IMG/VR virus record: IMGVR_UViG_3300032605_001371
Length of the DNA stretch: 64,000 nt
From: an uncultured virus (IMG/VR IMGVR_UViG_3300032605_001371)
Lineage: Duplodnaviria; Heunggongvirae; Uroviricota; Caudoviricetes
Strand: one strand, 5' to 3'
Notes under the pieces: generated by a model
Database searches by the model: none
What the model was told of the DNA's origin: nothing
The model's input: only the letters and a program-made list of their open reading frames with translations
Translations under genes and position numbers: made by a program
Shown: piece by piece, positions 1-9,919 of the stretch
Layout of the letters: each line of letters begins with the position of its first letter
How positions within the stretch are numbered: position 1 is the stretch's first letter

Positions 1-774
1 GGCGCCGCCGCAGGTGCAATTGGGTCATTTGGAAATTGGGTAATGGATCTAATTGCAGGACATGAAGGAGTGCGTACTAAACCATATAAAGACTCCTTAG
101 GTAAATGGACAATTGGGGTGGGTCATTTGATCGGTGACGGTAGTACTTTACCACCTGAATGGAATCGTGAGTTCTCTAAGGATGAAGTCATGAAACTTTA
201 CCAGCAGGATTTCGGCAAGCATAAACAAGCTGCTAGCAATATTCCGGGATTCAACAAATTAAATGAAAAAGGCCAAGCTGCGCTAACAGACTTGACATTT
301 AATATGGGCCCGTCTTGGTACAAAAAGTGGCCACATTTAACTGCTGCACTTTCGGCTGGTGATGTTGAAGGCGCGGCCGCACAATTATCTTCTAGTAAGT
401 GGGCAGGACAAGTAGGGCGTCGGGCGCAAGAGGATATTTCACTACTTAGACAAGGAAAATTACAAGCTAGAAACGGTGGAATGTTTGATGGGCCATTGTC
501 TGGATATCCGGCTACATTGCACGGCGGCGAACTGGTTGCACCTTTAGGACCAGATTCTTTGCTTATGAAATTAGCTAAAACACCTGCAACTGACGCGGCC
601 GCAATAGAAACTATAGTTAAAGGTAAAACCGCACACCCTCATTCTTCTGGTAATTCAGGAGAAATTACAGCGGAAATGTTTGGAATGATGGCAAATAAAT
701 TAGATAAAGTAATCTCCGTCCTTGAAAGTAGTCACGGTACACAGACTAAGTTATTACGTAATTCAATGGCATAG
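1..774 (+). CDS. C-terminal part of a virion structural protein carrying a GH24/T4-type lysozyme domain (5' end outside the window)
   Basis: Frame is open from base 1. HEG..PYKDSLGKWTIGVGHL and ALTDLTFNMG motifs of phage lysozymes, followed by a GPLSGYPATLHGGELVAPL tail-type segment. Confidence 0.75.
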   Translation, partial: GAAAGAIGSFGNWVMDLIAGHEGVRTKPYKDSLGKWTIGVGHLIGDGSTLPPEWNREFSKDEVMKLYQQDFGKHKQAASNIPGFNKLNEKGQAALTDLTFNMGPSWYKKWPHLTAALSAGDVEGAAAQLSSSKWAGQVGRRAQEDISLLRQGKLQARNGGMFDGPLSGYPATLHGGELVAPLGPDSLLMKLAKTPATDAAAIETIVKGKTAHPHSSGNSGEITAEMFGMMANKLDKVISVLESSHGTQTKLLRNSMA

Positions 775-777
775 CAC

Positions 778-783
778 TAAATA
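778..783 (+). promoter_or_regulatory. T4-like late promoter core TAAATA (representative copy)
   Basis: TAAATA recurs just upstream of many genes (near 778, 4781, 9971, 11409, 13891, 15427, 25200, 27332, 30609, 36111, 40801, 46315, 51452, 57431, 58166); T4 late consensus is TATAAATA. Confidence 0.75.
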
Positions 784-806
784 TTAGATTAAGAGAACTG
801 GTTCAT

Positions 807-3800
807 ATGTCTGGATACAAGAAGAAATTTCTAAACAAGAGTGGTGTTTCGAGTCCTATCTCTGGTGCGAGCAGTAATGCCGGAGCATGGAATGGGTCGC
901 CTGGACAAAACGGTATGCCAACTGGTGGTTGGAACAATACTGAATTTGGATACAAAAACTATCAAAGTAGACTACCGGAAGTCTACACTGGTCACCCCAA
1001 CAGAATCGAACGATACAATCAATACGAAATGATGGACGTTGATGCTGAAATCAACGCTTGTTTGGACATCATAGCAGAGTTCTCTACACAGCGAAATGAA
1101 CATAACAAGACACCGTTTGCGTTTGAATTCAAAGGAGAACCTACGCCACGTGAAGTAGAATTGCTAGGTAAGCAGCTACAACAGTGGTGCAAGCTAAATG
1201 AATTCGACGTGAGAATGTTTAAGATTTTCAGAAACGTTGTCAAGTATGGTGACCAAGTATTTGTTCGTGACCCAGAAAACTTTAAGCTATACTGGGTTGA
1301 TATGGTTAAGGTCATTAAGGTTATCGTCAACGAATCTGAGGGCAAGAAGCCGGAACAGTATGTCATCAAAGACATCAATATCAATCTACAAAACTTATCA
1401 GTAGCACAGAAAACCAATACTGACTTTGCTGCGAACCCAGCAACTGGTTTAGGTGGTAGTGGCGGCGGAACTAACACCCCGTACACTGTTCCGGCAATGC
1501 CATATAATACGACTGGAAGTCGTTTTACATTAGGTCAGAGTGAATCAGCAGTAGACAGTAAGCATATTGTACACTTGTCCTTAACTGAAGGATTAGATAG
1601 ATTTTGGCCTTTTGGTCAATCTATACTGGAAAACATCTTTAAGGTCTATAAGCAAAAAGAACTACTAGAAGATGCGGTTCTTATCTATCGTGTGCAGCGT
1701 GCACCTGAACGTAGAATGTTTAAGATCGATGTTGGTAACATGCCAAGTCACTTAGCAATGGCATTTGTTGAGCGAGTAAAGAACGAAATTCACCAGCGTA
1801 GAATTCCCTCACCGTACGGTGGACAGTCGATTGTGGACGCCTCTTATAACCCTTTATGTTTGGATTTAGAAACTAAAATTCCACTTTTAGATGGAAGAAC
1901 CTTGTCTTTACAAGAAATAATCACTGAATTTGAAGCTGGAAAAGAAAATTGGGCGTATAGCTGCGATCCAGTAACCGGTAGAGTAGTACCTGGAGTAATT
2001 AATTGGGCTGGCATTACTAGAAAAAACACAGAAGTAATTAAACTTACTTTTGATAACGGCAAAACATTAGTTTGTACACCAGACCATAAAATACCTGTGT
2101 TTGATAAAGGCTTTGTAGAAGCACAACATTTAACTGAAAATGATAGTCTAATTGCGTTCAATACTCAAAATAAAAATATTTCAGGCGGAAAAACCAATGA
2201 TTACCAGCAGGTATGGGACCATGAGAGTAAAAAATGGATTTGGACTCATCGGATGGTCGGGGATTTCTTTAGAAATTTAGGAAAGCACCAAGAATTTAAT
2301 TATCTAACTGAATACGCAATGGCACCTAGAACAGTTATTCATCATAAAGATAACAATAGATTTAATAACGAACCCAAAAACCTAGTATTCATGAACAAAA
2401 CAGATCATGTTTTATATCATGCTGCACAGAAAAAAGAATTTTGGGAAACGATGTCAGATGAATATAGAAAGCAGATAACGTCTAAAACTTCGGCCACTCT
2501 AAAAGAAAATTGGGAAAATATGACCGAAGAAGAACGTCTAATCGGTCTTTGGAACATTAGAGCAGCGCAACAAAAAGCTGTATGGGCTAGAAAGAACGAT
2601 CCTATAACTGCGGCTAAATATAAATCTAGTATGCAACAAGTGCGCAAAGAGTACTTTGATCGTAATCCAGTTGGTTTGGAAAAAGTTCGTGCAAATTGTG
2701 AAAAGAGAGTTAAAATTAAAAATCAACCACTGATCTTGACATTTGATATGGTACAACGAGTAGCAGAACAGGTTAAGCAAGGTAATAAAAATAAAAATAA
2801 GGTACTGGAGTGGTGTGATAATGATAGCACCTTATTGAGTTTGGTTAAGAATGCTAATTCATCACCATTGGATTATAAAAATGCACAATGTAAAATAGAC
2901 TTTAATAAGTTTGGGTACAGTAAGTTAGACAGACTTCTTTCTAAATTTGGATATAAAAATTGGAAACATTTTGTAAAAGAAATTGACAATTTTAACCATA
3001 GAATTGTAAAGATTGAAAAGGTAAGTAACAGAGACACTGGAACTATAACTATTGATGGGCGTCATCAATGGCATGATTATCATACGTTTGCTATCGACGC
3101 TGGTATATTTGTAAAGAACTCAATGAACGAAGACTATTTCTTCCCTGTAACAGCAGAAGGACGTGGATCATCTGTTGAAGTTCTGCCGGGCGGACAAAAT
3201 CTAGGTGAAATCGATGACTTGAAGTACTTCAATAATCGTCTTGCCCGTGGACTTCGTGTTCCGTCTTCATACTTACCAACTGGTCCCGACGACAATACTA
3301 CACCCATGAACGATGGTCGTGTCGGCACAGCGATGATTCAAGAATTTAGATTCAATCAATACTGTGAAAGACTTCAGAATTATATCTGCTTGAAGCTGGA
3401 TGAAGAGTTTAAGTTATTCTTGCGTTGGAGAGGCTTCAATATTGATACTAGTCTTTTCCAACTAACTTTTAATCCTCCGCAAAACTTTGCAGCCTACCGT
3501 CAGAGTGAGTTAGATAATGCACGAGTATCAGTGTTCTCTGCTATGGATGCTATTCCATACATGTCAAAGCGCTTCAACCTTGAAAGATTCTTAGGTCTTT
3601 CAGAAGAAGAAATCAAGAAGAACGAAAAGCTCTGGGAAGAAGAAAACAGAGAAGAAGTCACTAGCGAACCACAGGGTGCTGATCTTAGAAACATAGGTGT
3701 ATCCAGCGGAGACTTTGATGCTGATATGAATACTGCGGATCAGATTGAGAATTCCGAACAGGAAGGTGAAGCACCGGAAACTGCTGGGCCAGTTTCAGGC

Positions 3801-3866
3801 GGCGATGTAGCAGCAGAACCATCAGCAATGGGCGGACCTGGAGCAACTCCGGGCGGCGGCTTCTAA
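807..3866 (+). CDS. Portal protein (T4 gp20-like) interrupted by an intein
   Basis: LLEDAVLIYRVQRAPERRMFKIDVGNMP and EDYFFP..EGRGSSVEVLPGGQNLGEIDDLKYF are gp20-family motifs; lies in the head module. Confidence 0.93.
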   Translation: MSGYKKKFLNKSGVSSPISGASSNAGAWNGSPGQNGMPTGGWNNTEFGYKNYQSRLPEVYTGHPNRIERYNQYEMMDVDAEINACLDIIAEFSTQRNEHNKTPFAFEFKGEPTPREVELLGKQLQQWCKLNEFDVRMFKIFRNVVKYGDQVFVRDPENFKLYWVDMVKVIKVIVNESEGKKPEQYVIKDININLQNLSVAQKTNTDFAANPATGLGGSGGGTNTPYTVPAMPYNTTGSRFTLGQSESAVDSKHIVHLSLTEGLDRFWPFGQSILENIFKVYKQKELLEDAVLIYRVQRAPERRMFKIDVGNMPSHLAMAFVERVKNEIHQRRIPSPYGGQSIVDASYNPLCLDLETKIPLLDGRTLSLQEIITEFEAGKENWAYSCDPVTGRVVPGVINWAGITRKNTEVIKLTFDNGKTLVCTPDHKIPVFDKGFVEAQHLTENDSLIAFNTQNKNISGGKTNDYQQVWDHESKKWIWTHRMVGDFFRNLGKHQEFNYLTEYAMAPRTVIHHKDNNRFNNEPKNLVFMNKTDHVLYHAAQKKEFWETMSDEYRKQITSKTSATLKENWENMTEEERLIGLWNIRAAQQKAVWARKNDPITAAKYKSSMQQVRKEYFDRNPVGLEKVRANCEKRVKIKNQPLILTFDMVQRVAEQVKQGNKNKNKVLEWCDNDSTLLSLVKNANSSPLDYKNAQCKIDFNKFGYSKLDRLLSKFGYKNWKHFVKEIDNFNHRIVKIEKVSNRDTGTITIDGRHQWHDYHTFAIDAGIFVKNSMNEDYFFPVTAEGRGSSVEVLPGGQNLGEIDDLKYFNNRLARGLRVPSSYLPTGPDDNTTPMNDGRVGTAMIQEFRFNQYCERLQNYICLKLDEEFKLFLRWRGFNIDTSLFQLTFNPPQNFAAYRQSELDNARVSVFSAMDAIPYMSKRFNLERFLGLSEEEIKKNEKLWEEENREEVTSEPQGADLRNIGVSSGDFDADMNTADQIENSEQEGEAPETAGPVSGGDVAAEPSAMGGPGATPGGGF
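1857..3119 (+). mobile_element. Intein (421 aa) with an HNH-type endonuclease domain inside the portal
   Basis: Starts CLDLETKIPLLDG; block B LVCTPDHKI; ends FAIDAGIFVKN followed by +1 Ser; internal VIHHKDNNRFNNEPKNL HNH motif. Confidence 0.92.
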
Positions 3867-4703
3867 GATAACATCCACCCGCGTACAGATTTTCTTTTTC
3901 CAGACATTAATAAACTTACATTTCCTTGATGTAGGTTGTATGTTTTTATAAAATCAAACACTGTCATTCTAACTTCTTCTAGTGTATTTTTATTTTTAAA
4001 TGAGTATACATTGGGGTTATAATTAGGGTGCCCCTTTCCAAATTGAGTTGATTTGTAATTAGGGTTGTTTCTGTAATGATTAATTCCAGAATTTTTACTG
4101 ATTACATATTCTCGAAAGGAGTCATTCCAGTTTGATTTACTTTCTGCTATCTTTTCTATTACTTCTTTAGATTTTGAAGGATTGTTTTCCCTAACATTCT
4201 ATCAGATAAGTCTTTCCTCCAATCTGGGTTATTTTTAGTTCTAGTGTCGATTGCTTTTTTTCTTATATGTTTTTTGTCTTCAGTAGACATGTGCGAAAAT
4301 CGTGATCGAGACAGATCACCTTGTTTTTTTCTTTTTTCGGGAGTCCATGCGTGATCAATTCTATTTTTAAATTCAATAGTTTTAGAATGATGGCTGTCAC
4401 CAAAAACAGTTGCACCTCCGTCGCCCTCTTCAAACTTTAGATTAGCCCACGTTTTCTTCCCATTCTTATCCCGCTCGTCTACTATATTCCACAGTTTAGA
4501 GTAGTATAACCCCATTCTGCTACCTCTTCTTTAGAGTGACACTCTCGTAATATTTCAGTAGTAACATCATACCCATGTGTTTTTATATGCGACCTCTACA
4601 TTTTTCCGGATCCTGGATACTTATATGGATTAGATTGTGCGGTTTTACCTAAGTATTTTAATCCAGTTATGTTATGGGTTTTCTTGTATAGATAAATAGT
4701 CAT
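3863..4703 (-). pseudogene. Degenerate GIY-YIG homing endonuclease with a C-terminal NUMOD1-like HTH domain
   Basis: Manual translation: MTIYLYKKTHNITGLKYLGKT..YPGSGKM*RSHIKTHGYDVTTEIL. In-frame TAG where Trp is expected, a frameshift at the G4 run near 4510 and a second near 4187; ends ..HQGNVSLLMSGKRKSVRGWMLS*. Confidence 0.85.
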
Positions 4704-4773
4704 GCTGATGTTTCCTAAGATAGCATTAGAGTAGTTGGGGTTTGCTGACCCGCGAACTACGTTTATATTTATC
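4701..4773 (-). promoter_or_regulatory. Late promoter plus conserved hairpin leader, copy 1
   Basis: Sense strand TAAATA-N5-GTAGTTCGCGGGTCAGCAAACCCCAACTAC-TCTAATGCT..AGGA..ATCAGCATG. It sits back-to-back with a + strand TAAATA (palindrome 4765-4787). Confidence 0.8.
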
Positions 4774-4802
4774 ATAATGATAAATATATTGATGAGGGTG
4801 TC

Positions 4803-5036
4803 ATGCTTTTAGAAGATATTTTTAGTCCGCCGGTCAATGGTCTACAGGATGTAAATTCTGACAACAGCAGACCTGTGTATAGAACGTCACGCAAGACTAA
4901 GTTGACGCTTAGACAGATTCGAAAGCTTCGTAGAATGCTGGATGTAAGAACATTCGAGAAGCAACAGTACCTAGAAAAGTTACGTAAACAGTATGGTGCT
5001 AAACCTGACGCTGCGGCCGGGGCACCTAGCATCTAG
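4803..5036 (+). CDS. Small basic head-module protein, function unknown
   Basis: Late promoter and GAGGG RBS upstream; lies between the portal and core genes. Confidence 0.65.
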   Translation: MLLEDIFSPPVNGLQDVNSDNSRPVYRTSRKTKLTLRQIRKLRRMLDVRTFEKQQYLEKLRKQYGAKPDAAAGAPSI

Positions 5037-5094
5037 TTATCGTAAAACCTGAATATGAAGGAGACGTTTGTCCTATTTATATAGGAGAAACTCG

Positions 5095-5730
5095 TCAATC
5101 TCGTATTACTATCCAACCTTTAACCGATTTATGTTTACCACTTATTAACCAACTTATGTTCCCTTGATACTTTGATAAATCATGTTTGATCATGAAATCT
5201 TTTGCTGTTAAAATTTCTATTTCACCAGTTTTTACGTGTTTCCATTTATATACAGGTTGATTAACTTTATCTACAAAAGCAAGTGACCTGTTTTGTTTCA
5301 AGAAATGATGAGTTCCGTTTTCTACTCGTTTTTTTCCTCTGAGACTTGCGGCTTCTTTGTCTAAGAAATGATGAGTTCCGTTTTTTACCCTGTCCGACGC
5401 ATGTGAACTACCATCTGCCCTTTTGATCAAGTTGTGGGTATTATTCTGTATTCTGGTTAAGTTCTGTAGCCTATTCAAATCGGATAGTTTTTCAGGTGAA
5501 ACTTTTTGTTTTTTACCTAGTAAAAAACAAGCACCGTAGTCACCTTGAGAATAATGAATATCATAATGTTCTTGAATAGTTACACACTTCAAGTTTATCG
5601 GGTCATTATTTGAATGATCACCGTCTATGTGATGGATTTCATATGATCGATCATTCTCTTCTTTTGGAATAGGTCCGTTGTGTTGTTCGTAGATTCTACG
5701 GTATTTGGTAGTGCCGCAATAAATACACAT
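5095..5730 (-). CDS. HNH homing endonuclease with a NUMOD1-like C-terminal domain
   Basis: YEIHHIDGDHSNNDPINLKCVTIQEH HNH motif; repeated RVKNGTHHFL; C-terminal QGNISWLISGKHKSVKGW. Confidence 0.88.
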   Translation of the reverse strand: MCIYCGTTKYRRIYEQHNGPIPKEENDRSYEIHHIDGDHSNNDPINLKCVTIQEHYDIHYSQGDYGACFLLGKKQKVSPEKLSDLNRLQNLTRIQNNTHNLIKRADGSSHASDRVKNGTHHFLDKEAASLRGKKRVENGTHHFLKQNRSLAFVDKVNQPVYKWKHVKTGEIEILTAKDFMIKHDLSKYQGNISWLISGKHKSVKGWIVIRD

Positions 5731-5798
5731 GCTGATTGCTCCTTATAGCATTAGAGTAGTTGGGTGTTAGCGCACCGTGAACTACATCTTTATTTATC
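5728..5798 (-). promoter_or_regulatory. Late promoter plus conserved hairpin leader, copy 2
   Basis: Sense strand TAAATA-N5-GTAGTTCACGGTGCGCTAACACCCAACTAC-TCTAATGCTATAAGGAGCAATCAGCATG. Confidence 0.8.
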
Positions 5799-5920
5799 TT
5801 TCTCCATATTTATTTTGTATAGCACCGCCAAAAACGCAAAAAAGACTACTTAATACGGTGTTTTTTGTCTCACTGCATAAGTATAATATACAAAGCCATT
5901 TCTATTCAGGAGACAATTTA

Positions 5921-6751
5921 ATGGATATCAGAAAATACGAACAAATGATCAACCTCGTAATCAATGAAGATCACGAGCAAGCATCAGAACTCTTTCACGA
6001 AATCGTAGTAGAAAAGTCACGCGAAATCTTTGAGTCAATTATGGCCGAAGAAGATGACGATGATATGGACGAAGGTATGGGCGGACAAGTAGGTGATCTA
6101 CTTGACGAAATCAACGCCGAAGAAGAAGGTGTTACCGAAGAAGACGAAAGCGACATCGAATTTGATGATGAAGCTGAAGAAGACGGTGAAGACTTCACTC
6201 ACGACCTAGAAGCAGAACACGACGAAAGCGAAGAACACGAAGAAATTGAAGATGCAGTAATTCGCATCGAAGACAAGCTCGACCAATTGATGGCAGAGTT
6301 TGAAGAAATCATGGGTTCAGGCGAAGAAGAAGACTTCGGCGACGAAGAAGATTTCGGCGACGAAGACGAAGAAGATTTCGGCGACGAAGAAGATTTCGGC
6401 GACGAAGACGAAGAAGATGCAGAAGACATGATGGAAGCAGTTCAGCTTCAGAAGGTTTCTGTAACTCACGGTGACAATGGTCAGAACACTAAGAGCCCAA
6501 CTACTTTCAATTCAGGACAAGCTGGAATGGACAGCAAGCCAGTAAAGTTTGCTGACGGTAATGAAAAGGGTCGTACTGCTCCTCCTACTAAGGATCTTAA
6601 GGGCGCAGGACAGTTCAAGAACGTACCAGGAAAGAAGTCACAAGATTTGAGCGCAGCACCTAAGCCAAAGCACGGTGATGACGGTCAAAACACCAAGAGC
6701 CCAGTAGCAGAATCACGCAAGCGTGCTCCTGCTCGTAGACCAACACGATAA
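5921..6751 (+). CDS. Highly acidic prohead core/scaffold-type protein
   Basis: AGGAG RBS before ATG 5921; D/E-rich with EEDFGD repeats; [ILV]-x-E sites; directly upstream of the protease. Confidence 0.65.
   Translation: MDIRKYEQMINLVINEDHEQASELFHEIVVEKSREIFESIMAEEDDDDMDEGMGGQVGDLLDEINAEEEGVTEEDESDIEFDDEAEEDGEDFTHDLEAEHDESEEHEEIEDAVIRIEDKLDQLMAEFEEIMGSGEEEDFGDEEDFGDEDEEDFGDEEDFGDEDEEDAEDMMEAVQLQKVSVTHGDNGQNTKSPTTFNSGQAGMDSKPVKFADGNEKGRTAPPTKDLKGAGQFKNVPGKKSQDLSAAPKPKHGDDGQNTKSPVAESRKRAPARRPTR
6323..6418 (+). repeat. Tandem GAAGAAGAYTTCGGCGAC repeats encoding EEDFGD
   Basis: Four near-identical units visible. Confidence 0.85.
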
Positions 6752-6766
6752 GTAATCTGAGAGCAA

Positions 6767-6907
6767 ATGGCTTTGTACATCAGAAGTGAGAATCGGGCAA
6801 ACGTAAAATCAGTCCCGAATCTCTATGGTTGGACTCACGTGCCACTTTACGGTAGGTATGTGAGTCCACAACCCGCTTCTGAATGCAAACCAAAAGAGGT
6901 GTTATAA
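6767..6907 (+). other. Structured insert with a 46-aa uORF (MALYIRSE...) coupled to the protease gene
   Basis: Three stems (6780-6788/6874-6882, 6789-6797/6814-6822, 6830-6843/6855-6868); TAA 6905-6907 overlaps the protease ATG. Confidence 0.55.
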
Positions 6908-7545
6908 TGGCTCTATATTTAAGAGAAAATTTGACCTTTGATCGCGCTAGTATGGTGGTCGAATCAGTCAAGGATGAGGGCACCGATCTTAAGACGCTCT
7001 ACATGAAAGGTATTTTCATCATGGGCGGAATTAAGAACGCAAATGAGCGTATTTACCCCGTCAACGAAATTGAAACTGCGGTAGATACTCTCAACAAGCA
7101 AATACACGAGGGTTACTCGGTGCTTGGTGAAGTCGATCACCCAGACGATCTAAAAATAAACCTAGACCGTGTCTCTCATATGATCACTCATATGTATATG
7201 GACGGACCAAACGGTTATGGTAAACTAAAGATTCTTCCTACTCCAATGGGTCAACTCGTAAGAACAATGTTGGAATCAGGAGTGAAGCTCGGTGTGTCCA
7301 GTAGAGGTAGCGGCAACGTTAACGATATGGATGGTCGAGTCAGTGACTTTGAAATAATCACTGTAGATATCGTTGCTCAACCGAGTGCTCCGAATGCATA
7401 TCCTAAGGCAATTTATGAAGGTCTTCAGAACATGAAGTACGGACATAAAGTATTAGAGATTGCTAAAGACGCTCAAGGCAACAAACAAGTCCAAAGATAC
7501 TTGGCTGAGGAAGTAAAACGCCTCATCAATGATCTAAAGTTATAA
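6907..7545 (+). CDS. Prohead core protease (T4 gp21-like)
   Basis: KNANERIYP, LGEVDHP, KLGVSSRGSG, DIVAQPSAPNAY motifs; GAGG RBS before ATG 6907. Confidence 0.93.
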   Translation: MALYLRENLTFDRASMVVESVKDEGTDLKTLYMKGIFIMGGIKNANERIYPVNEIETAVDTLNKQIHEGYSVLGEVDHPDDLKINLDRVSHMITHMYMDGPNGYGKLKILPTPMGQLVRTMLESGVKLGVSSRGSGNVNDMDGRVSDFEIITVDIVAQPSAPNAYPKAIYEGLQNMKYGHKVLEIAKDAQGNKQVQRYLAEEVKRLINDLKL

Positions 7546-7561
7546 TAAAGGGATCACAGAT

Positions 7562-8653
7562 ATGCTAGATGCTATCAAACCATTACTTGAAAGTGGACTC
7601 ATTAACGAAGACGTAGGCAGAGAACTTAACGAAGCCTGGGAATCTAAGTTAACTGAGGCTCGCGCTCAGGTTCGTGCAGAACTTCATGAAGAATTTGCAC
7701 AACGTTACGAGCATGATCGTAACGTCATGGTAGAAGCCCTAGATAAGATGATGACAGAAAATCTTTCAGAAGAAATTGCAGAATTTAACGCTGAAAGACA
7801 AGCAATGAACGAAGACCGCGTAAAGTCTCAATTGAAACTACGTGAAAACGCAACCAAGTTCAACGATTTCATGGTTACTAAGCTAGCCGAAGAAATCCGC
7901 GAACTACGTGCTGATCGCAAGGTTCAAATGGAAAACCAAAAGAAGCTAGAACAATTCATTGTTCACGCCCTATCAAGAGAAATCAAAGAATTCGCTGTTG
8001 ATAGACAAGCAGTAGTAGAAGCTAAGGTCAAGCTCGTTGCAGAAGGTCGCAAGCAACTTGAAGCACTCAAGGCAAAGTTTATTGCCGAAAGCGCTAAGAA
8101 GGTTAGCGGTCTTGTTGGAAATCAACTTAAGGGTGAACTATCACAACTTAAAGAAGACATCAAATCTGCTAGAGAAAACAGCTTCGGCCGCAAGATTTTC
8201 GAATCATTCGCTAGCGAATTCTCAGTAACTTATCTCAATGATAAGGCTGAAAATCGTAAAGTAATGAAGGCACTTGCAGCCAAAGACCGTCAACTCTCAG
8301 AAGCTACAGCTAAGCTTGCACAAGCAACTAAGTTAGTAGAATCAAAGGATCGTGAAGTCCGTATCATTAAAGAATCAAATCAACGTGAGAAGGTAATGGG
8401 TAATCTATTGTCAAGTCTCAACGCTGAAAAGGCTCAAGTGATGAAGACTTTACTAGAAAGCGTTCAAACAGCAAAGCTACAGAACGCATTCGATAAGTAT
8501 TTGCCAGCCGTTCTTAATACAGGTTCAGAAGCTAAGCCTTCTAAGTCTGTTATTGTAGAAGCAACTGGTAATAAAACTGCCAATACAGTACAAGAAGTCG
8601 ATATGTCTGAAACAGACAATGTAATCGACATCAAGCGTCTGGCAGGGCTTTAA
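7562..8653 (+). CDS. Prohead scaffolding protein (T4 gp22-like)
   Basis: Coiled-coil protein with many [ILV]-x-E sites; between protease and capsid genes. Confidence 0.8.
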   Translation: MLDAIKPLLESGLINEDVGRELNEAWESKLTEARAQVRAELHEEFAQRYEHDRNVMVEALDKMMTENLSEEIAEFNAERQAMNEDRVKSQLKLRENATKFNDFMVTKLAEEIRELRADRKVQMENQKKLEQFIVHALSREIKEFAVDRQAVVEAKVKLVAEGRKQLEALKAKFIAESAKKVSGLVGNQLKGELSQLKEDIKSARENSFGRKIFESFASEFSVTYLNDKAENRKVMKALAAKDRQLSEATAKLAQATKLVESKDREVRIIKESNQREKVMGNLLSSLNAEKAQVMKTLLESVQTAKLQNAFDKYLPAVLNTGSEAKPSKSVIVEATGNKTANTVQEVDMSETDNVIDIKRLAGL

Positions 8654-8681
8654 TTAGACATAGTTTAGGAGAATATACATA

Positions 8682-9878
8682 ATGTCAAAAGTACTCTTAG
8701 AAAGCCGTTGGGACGAAACTAAAAGCGCCCTGCTTGAAGGCTTAAAAGGCAATCGTCGTTCAACTATGAACGTATTGTTTGAAAATACGAAGAAGCAGCT
8801 TCTTGCTGAATCTTCAGCTGGCACTACAACTGCTGGTAATATCGCAACTCTAAATCGCGTTATTCTTCCAGTAATTCGACGTGTTATGCCTACTGTTATT
8901 GCTAACGAACTTGTTGGCGTGCAACCAATGACCGGCCCAGTCGGTCAGATTCACACCCTTCGTGTTCGCTATGCAAATAGCTTGACTGACAACTCAGCAG
9001 CAGCAACTTCTGTAACTGCTGGTGAAGAAGCACTTTCACCATTCAAGATCGCGCAAGCCTATTCTCGCGTTCCTAATGATGCAACCTCCACTAGCTACTA
9101 CACTGGTGCCGACACTGCTTCTCTAGAAGGTAATGGCGGAAAGCAAATCTCAGTACAAATCTTGAGACAAGCTGTTGAAGCAAAGTCACGTAAGCTACAA
9201 GCTCGCTGGACTTTCGAAGCTGCACAAGACGCACAATCACAACACGGGATTGACGTTGAAGCAGAAATCATGGCAGCACTTGCACAAGAAATCACTGCTG
9301 AAATCGACCAAGAAATCTTGCTCTCACTCGCAACTCTTGCGTCAACTGAATATACTTACAACCAAGCAACTGTATCAGGTACAGCTACTTACGTTGGTGA
9401 CGAACACGCTGCTCTTGCAGTACTCATCAACCGTGTTGCTAACTTGATCGCACAACGCACTCGTCGTGGTGCAGGTAACTGGGCTGTTGTATCTCCAGCT
9501 TCCTTGACTGTTCTTCAGTCAGCAACTACTTCAGCTTTCGCACGTACTACTGAAGGTACTTTCGAAGCCCCAACTAACACTAAGTTCGTTGGTACTTTGA
9601 ACGGTGCAATGCGCGTTTTCGTTAACAGCTATGCTCCAGACACTCAGCCAGTACTCGTAGGCTACAAGGGTTCTTCGGAAACTGACGCAGCAGCATTCTA
9701 CTGCCCATACATTCCGTTGATGTCATCTGGCGTCGTTCTTGATCCGACTACTTTCGAGCCAGTCGTTTCATTCATGACCAGATATGGCTACATCGAATTG
9801 ACGAATACCGCGAGTTCGTTTGGTAATGCGGCTGACTACGTTGGCGAAATTGCGGTCCAAAATTTAACATTCCAATAG
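8682..9878 (+). CDS. Major capsid protein (T4 gp23-like)
   Basis: LVGVQPMTGPVGQI, VEAKSRKLQARWTFEAAQD, AFYCPYIPL and MTRYG motifs. Confidence 0.96.
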   Translation: MSKVLLESRWDETKSALLEGLKGNRRSTMNVLFENTKKQLLAESSAGTTTAGNIATLNRVILPVIRRVMPTVIANELVGVQPMTGPVGQIHTLRVRYANSLTDNSAAATSVTAGEEALSPFKIAQAYSRVPNDATSTSYYTGADTASLEGNGGKQISVQILRQAVEAKSRKLQARWTFEAAQDAQSQHGIDVEAEIMAALAQEITAEIDQEILLSLATLASTEYTYNQATVSGTATYVGDEHAALAVLINRVANLIAQRTRRGAGNWAVVSPASLTVLQSATTSAFARTTEGTFEAPTNTKFVGTLNGAMRVFVNSYAPDTQPVLVGYKGSSETDAAAFYCPYIPLMSSGVVLDPTTFEPVVSFMTRYGYIELTNTASSFGNAADYVGEIAVQNLTFQ

Positions 9879-9919
9879 ATCACGTTACAGTGATAACTGT
9901 TAGAAAGTTATACAAGGTG

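Noticed and set aside
4596..4598. In-frame TAG at a Trp position, suggesting stop-codon reassignment
   Set aside because: The same gene has two frameshifts, and TAG ends intact genes such as the capsid gene, so it is a nonsense mutation.
5777..5920. N-terminal extensions given by the ORF track (5777, 6883, 10719, 30535, 46743, 51477)
   Set aside because: Downstream starts have better RBS or promoter context and avoid overlaps.
6794..6858. GGGCAAAC and CGGTAGGTA resemble pieces of a c-di-GMP-I riboswitch
   Set aside because: The GAAA tetraloop stem, the GACGCAAAG junction and the receptor are absent, and the observed stems pair differently.
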